Assembly (NCBI RefSeq): GCF_023055435.1
Contig: NW_025963846.1
Span: 28,954,001 to 29,018,000 of the forward strand
Origin: Haliotis rufescens
Taxonomy: Eukaryota
Reading direction: 5' to 3'
Length of the DNA: 64,000 nucleotides
A program made the translations under genes and the position numbers. Of the stretch, positions 62,284 to 64,000 are shown piece after piece. Positions within the stretch are counted from its first letter, which is position 1. Each line of letters starts with the position of its first letter. Below the pieces are notes generated by a model. It did not search any database, had not been told where the DNA came from, and was given only the letters and a program-made list of their open reading frames with translations.

Positions 62284-62844
62284 TAATCATATCCAAATGT
62301 ATATTAAAGAATTTTAGTGACATCAAATATTTTTGGTTACTTTTGTTTATATTTTTTAAGATTTAGCAAAGACGGAACTACATTTTTAGTCGTACTTACA
62401 GGGGTTGGAGTGGCGAGTCACTCAGTAAGAGAAACATGATATTTCACTCGACACATGAAATATCCTCTATCTATTCCGACTATATGTTAATAATGCTCTT
62501 GTTATTAATCACCATAGTGATGCTACCAGGTGTTCTCGAAAAGGTGAGCGTATCCTGCCCTGTCGGTGGCAACCCGTCACAAAAGCATGCTAAGGCAAAC
62601 CAGATTCAATCTGAAAACACATGGAAATATGTCAGAATAGGGAATTGCATCGGATATGATTTTGCGTCAAATTTGGAAATGTCCTGCACATGTATACCAT
62701 AAAACTTTACAATCGAGGCCTTCAATGTTGGGACCCTGATCAAACAATTTTGGACAAAGAGTCTTACGACGCCCTTCCGTAGCAGCTGTAACGTAGCTGC
62801 TGGAATATTACTCCACATAAGGGTATGTTGACTATTGGAATATA

Positions 62845-62997
62845 TAGAGGTTATCACGCGAGTGTGTTTGGGGATGGTAAATATCATGTATTAGGAATAA
62901 GCATTGTATTTAACGAGCCATGGCGAGCTAAATACATACTGTTTATTCCTAATACAGGATATTTACCATCCCCAAACACAAAAGCGTGATAACCTCT
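62845..62997. repeat. ~150-bp foldback palindrome
   Basis: agaggttatcacgc...gggatggtaaatatcatgtattaggaataa pairs with ttattcctaatacaggatatttaccatccc...gcgtgataacctct. Confidence 0.85.
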
Positions 62998-63274
62998 TTA
63001 TCATATAATATCATTCTTCAATTCTGTGCTTGAAAATCGCTTCCCCTAACTCACAAACATTACCTAAACATTGCGAGTTTTCCTGGAATGCGCGCATTAA
63101 TATTTATTACGTCACAGGGTAAGTGATGTGTCAGTCGGACAGTGACAGTAGCCAATATAGTTCCAACTGAAATCTCTTTCTTACACAGTGGCGAAGCAAC
63201 TTATACTCAAAACAACAATTGTTTTTACTTGCCTTTCGCGGCAATCCATCGGTCTTTCCGCTAGAGTAACTGCC

Positions 63275-64000
63275 CTTTGTCAAAGGACCTCGGTCATCAT
63301 CATCGCCCCAGCAGACAAAGGCAAGGCAACTGTCATCATGGACACTACCCACTTCAACACCTTAACCGACAACATCCTCAACGATCAATCAACCTACAAG
63401 CAGCTAAAGAAAGACCCCACCAACAGCCTACAGAAAGAGCACAAGAACTTCCTCAACCAACTTCGGGACAGCAATGAAATCGGCCCCACCCTCCACAAAA
63501 AACTCATCACCAGTCACCCCAAACCACCTTATGCCCGGGCAACCATAAAAATTCACAAAGACCCCGTCAAAGCCCGTCTCCTAGTCTGCCCCAGAGACAC
63601 CGTCCACTACAATACGGCCCAGCACCTAGCCCGCCTCCTCGCACCTCTTGGCAAGACTGCCAAGTCTTTTGTGAAAGATTCGTCAGAATTCTGTAAGAAG
63701 ATTCTCGACATCCCCCAACCAGGAACCCTCATAAGCTACGACGTTGTCGACCTATTCACGAATGTACCCCGGGACGAGGCCATGGAAATCATCAGAACCC
63801 GCGTTGAGGAAATCCTCCCATCCCTAGACACCCGCCTAACAACTGACAGCATCATCCGACTCATACACTCCTGTATCAGCTCTACATACTTTACCTGGAA
63901 AGACACATTCTATCAACAAACCCACGGCCTCCCAATGGGATCCCCACTATCACCCTTGTTCACCGAGATATTTATGACCCACCTGGAAGAAAAAGCCCTG
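63275..64000 (+). mobile_element. Penelope-like retroelement reverse transcriptase, open to the window end
   Basis: Manual translation gives IIAPADKGKATVIMD, YKQLKKDPT, KIHK, SYDVVDLFTNVP and FYQQTHGLPMGSPLSPLFTEIFM, with no stop before 64000. It is absent from the ORF track. Confidence 0.9.

Overview
Repeat-rich animal genomic DNA, probably a gastropod mollusc such as abalone (judged only from remembered SINE sequences, so this is an inference), with one 182-N gap. The central ~45 kb (about 11050-55964) is a tandem array of nine minus-strand, intronless protein-kinase-fold genes: eight intact ORFs and one 5'-deleted pseudogene. All are predicted pseudokinases (HRD->HGN/HRN, DFG->GFG, degenerate Gly-loop), and all eight intact ORFs end in a single hydrophobic C-terminal segment. 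There are three types, differing mainly in the activation-segment insert: A has 12-nt ERDG/EHGG repeats, B has 24-nt VHDGGHFG repeats, C has a short basic insert. Three near-identical ~7.78-kb [C-spacer-B] units follow two older A-type units. The conserved 3' flank of every gene appears to be the decayed coding sequence of a ~200-aa Cys/His-rich domain, which is still in frame behind the type C stop codon. This suggests an ancestral kinase-TM-ectodomain protein that was repeatedly truncated to a tail-anchored pseudokinase. The rest of the window is SINEs of three families, MITEs, LINE and Penelope-like fragments, a dead Tc1 element, mini- and microsatellites, and foldback palindromes. Repeat boundaries were read by eye and are approximate.
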